Of a stretch of 27,590 nt of DNA, positions 26,610 to 27,590 are shown piece after piece (position 1 is the first letter of the stretch; the number at the start of each line of letters is the position of its first letter). The translations under genes were made by a program, and so were the position numbers. Source of the stretch: a virus (taxonomy: Duplodnaviria; Caudoviricetes); the IMG/VR virus record IMGVR_UViG_3300012953_000170, positions 1 to 27,590 of that record; one strand, written 5' to 3'. The notes beneath the pieces were generated by a model. The model made no database searches. It had not been told where the DNA came from and saw nothing but the letters and a program-made list of their open reading frames with translations.

Positions 26610-27541
26610 TCGTCATTAACTAGGTTGGCAAAATATGACATAGTGTCATCTTCATCTTTCTTTTTAGATGAAGTATCTTCTGCTGTTTCATTAAAATCAG
26701 GAATCGCATCATCTAAAACCTCTTCAGTTTTCATAGATGGAGGAGGTGAACTATTACCTAATTTTACCTCATCACTCATAGATAGAGCTCCACCTACAGC
26801 ATCTTCGCCTAAGACACCAACAAGTTTTGCTTTAAGTTCATTGTAGGTTTTATATGATTTAGGATCAGTGAACTCTTCGAGTTTATGCATTTTATTATAA
26901 ACTTCCTCGAGATAAGCATCATCTTCCGATAGAGGTGTTTGTCTATCAAACTCTGATTTATCATAGTTACGATAACCTTCTACATCTCTGATTTTAAGTT
27001 TAAAGTTAGCACCTTCCCAGAAATCAAATGGGTTAAGAGGATCTTCATCAGCAAATTCTGGTTGCATTGCATCCATAATTTTATCAAATATTTTTTTACC
27101 ATATTGATAGATGAAAACTTTACCGTCATTAGTTGGATTTCCAGGATCATTTACTACCAATATGTTCGATACATAATGTAGTCTTCTTTTCTGAGTTCGA
27201 GCTTTTGCTTTATCAGACTCCAGACCAGTATTCCACAGTCTGGAATTTAATTCTCCAACTGGATCATTTTGTCCAATAGATGTTAAAGATCTTTCAATGT
27301 ACCATCTACCTGTTGGACCTTTGAAACCATGATCCCAATATCGGTTCCAAGGAAGATCAGAACCCTCGTTAGCAGGGAGGAAACGAATTACGGCATAACC
27401 ATTGTTAGATTTATCAACGGTTGGTTTCCACATCCGATCGTCGCCAAAGTTTTGTTTTTGATTATTTCCGCCTACTGCTTCAGCAGCTTTGACGAGATTA
27501 TCGATGGAACCTCTGTTCCTTTTTAAATTAGCAAAAGACAT
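26606..27541 (-). CDS. gp32: Single-stranded DNA-binding protein gp32
   Basis: 'DDRMWKP', 'GYAVIRFLP', 'HGFKGPTGRWYIE', 'YGKKIFDKI', 'GANFKLKI', 'YRNYDKSEF' and an acidic tail ending 'YFANL'. Confidence 0.98.
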   Translation of the reverse strand: MSFANLKRNRGSIDNLVKAAEAVGGNNQKQNFGDDRMWKPTVDKSNNGYAVIRFLPANEGSDLPWNRYWDHGFKGPTGRWYIERSLTSIGQNDPVGELNSRLWNTGLESDKAKARTQKRRLHYVSNILVVNDPGNPTNDGKVFIYQYGKKIFDKIMDAMQPEFADEDPLNPFDFWEGANFKLKIRDVEGYRNYDKSEFDRQTPLSEDDAYLEEVYNKMHKLEEFTDPKSYKTYNELKAKLVGVLGEDAVGGALSMSDEVKLGNSSPPPSMKTEEVLDDAIPDFNETAEDTSSKKKDEDDTMSYFANLVNDD

Positions 27542-27547
27542 ATATTT

Positions 27548-27553
27548 CTCCTT
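27548..27553 (-). promoter_or_regulatory. Shine-Dalgarno AAGGAG of gp32 within an A/T-rich leader
   Basis: Plus-strand ctcctt at 27548-27553, 6 nt from the ATG at 27541. Confidence 0.85.
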
Positions 27554-27590
27554 ATTAACTGTAATATTGCTGTATTATATTATTATTATA

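Noticed and set aside
1-27590. tRNAs, introns, inteins and intrinsic terminators
   Set aside because: Intergenic gaps are all under about 55 bp, with no cloverleaf or GC hairpin plus U-tract seen, and no intein or intron signature was recognised in the core genes.

Overview
AT-rich segment of a T4-like (Tevenvirinae/Kyanoviridae-style, probably marine) myophage genome covering the tail/baseplate morphogenesis module. A long minus-strand late operon runs gp48, gp53, a gp27-like hub, gp5 split over three genes, gp25, gp6, a short gp7, gp8, a 1692-aa DUF4815/VrlC-like protein and fibre-like proteins, followed by a glycosyltransferase and a truncated methyltransferase-like gene. A divergent plus-strand operon runs gp4, an inserted SAM methyltransferase, gp2, gp54-like, gp26, gp51 and a tape-measure-like gene, and converges on gp32 (SSB). 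T4 late promoters (TATAAATA) sit at the expected places. Three observations stand out. (1) Asp-Ser (DS/DSA/DSD/DSG) motifs are strongly enriched only in outer-baseplate and fibre proteins, next to a late-expressed glycosyltransferase, suggesting sequon-directed virion O-glycosylation. (2) A T8 slippery run with an SD-like element 10 nt upstream could fuse gp26 to gp51 by -1 frameshift just before the tape measure gene. (3) The gp5 locus is tripartite and carries lysozyme, amidase and degenerate M15-like domains. All family assignments come from motif recognition and synteny, not database searches, and motif counts were made by hand.
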